NCBI GenBank assembly: GCA_002633005.1
Contig: NMRA01000309.1
Location: forward strand, 281,333-345,332
Source: Phoronis australis
Taxonomy: Eukaryota > Animalia > Phoronida
Direction of reading: 5' to 3'
DNA length: 64,000 nucleotides
The notes under the pieces are model-generated. The model searched no databases. It was not told the origin of the DNA and saw nothing but the letters and a program-made list of their open reading frames with translations. Positions 63,126-64,000 of the stretch are shown piece by piece; position 1 is the first letter of the stretch, and every line of letters begins with the position of its first letter. The translations under genes were made by a program, and so were the position numbers.

Positions 63126-64000
63126 ACCTTTTTGCATGATCGGGGGCTGAATTTAAATCTGGAAGTTCATCAAGTAATGGTGATTGTTTACACACCATTA
63201 AAACTGCCACCGGTGTAATGAATTGACTGATGTCGCAGTATATACTTATCGATATAGATAGCAGTCATAATCACGGGCTCAGATATTTGCCACGCTTGAT
63301 CGCAGTTTCACTATGCAAATAAAATGTAAGTTCTCCGACTTTCACGTAATCGCCACAGTGTCATGCTTTGTATTTGGATTAACAGCTAATTAATAAGCAC
63401 CAGTGATGAGACCATTGTGTTATCAAGTCAGATCCCAGGTTCACGGCTTCAATTTTTTTCTGCGAACCTACGACCCACTAACCTTCCTCCCAGCACCCCG
63501 ACCTTTGCTATGCCATGCGCAAGAATCAGTGAAATGGTGTTGTTCAGTGGCAAGTTCAAACAGACTTTGTGAAAAGCAAAAATCCATGTCCTAGTTTGTT
63601 GTGCAGTATACATTCAAAATGTTCATGTTGTAAATATATCTGTATGTCTCCGTATTGACATTCTATTTACCAGCCTATTGTGTATTAGACGAAATATTTG
63701 GGCTCTCTCGCACCAAGGATAAGAATTTTGAAGCCATCTAAAACAGAGTGTGGACCAATTAATCTTCAGTCAACGCTGCTTCATTTACACCCGTCCCAAG
63801 TCCCTTTCATGGGAGTGTGATTTGTAAGATAAAACCTGGGCCCGTAGCAGAGATCGATCTACATCCGAATAAATTGAATTTATTCACCAGTGGACGGCGC
63901 TGCTATCGGCCCAGATTGAGCTTAGGACAGATAGAATTTATGACCAGCAACAGCAGTATCAGGAAAGCAAGCTTATTGGGACGAACGGCTTTTATATAAA

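Noticed and set aside
63400-63999. Possible pogo transposase remnant downstream of the TIR-like end at 62943
   Set aside because: No recognisable DDE motifs in any frame by eye; cannot be supported.

Overview
Eukaryotic (invertebrate metazoan, AT-rich, draft assembly with three N-gaps) genomic window holding the 3' parts of two convergent, intron-rich genes. On the + strand is an FHOD-family formin (FHOD1/3, Fhos-like). Its exons run from the armadillo GBD/FH3 (DID) region at ~1.4 kb through a low-complexity linker, FH1 polyproline, FH2 and DAD to the stop at 30908. On the - strand is the ubiquitin-specific protease USP32, with eight exons from 59115 down to the stop at 38217, covering the catalytic-domain insert, His box and C-terminal CaaX (CIIQ). 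Exon boundaries were read by hand from AG/GT sites, and phases are mutually consistent. Introns carry non-autonomous DNA elements (pogo/Tigger-like, Harbinger-like, two with 6-bp TSDs, Helentron/HINE-like), a tRNA-derived SINE and many minisatellites. No prokaryotic-type system is present. The most interesting signals are post-transcriptional and all are inferences needing RNA data: a 6-nt microexon in the FH2 linker, a candidate internal first exon giving a DID-less formin, a triplicated splice acceptor, and a leaky CAA-UGA-CUA stop directly behind the USP32 CaaX box.
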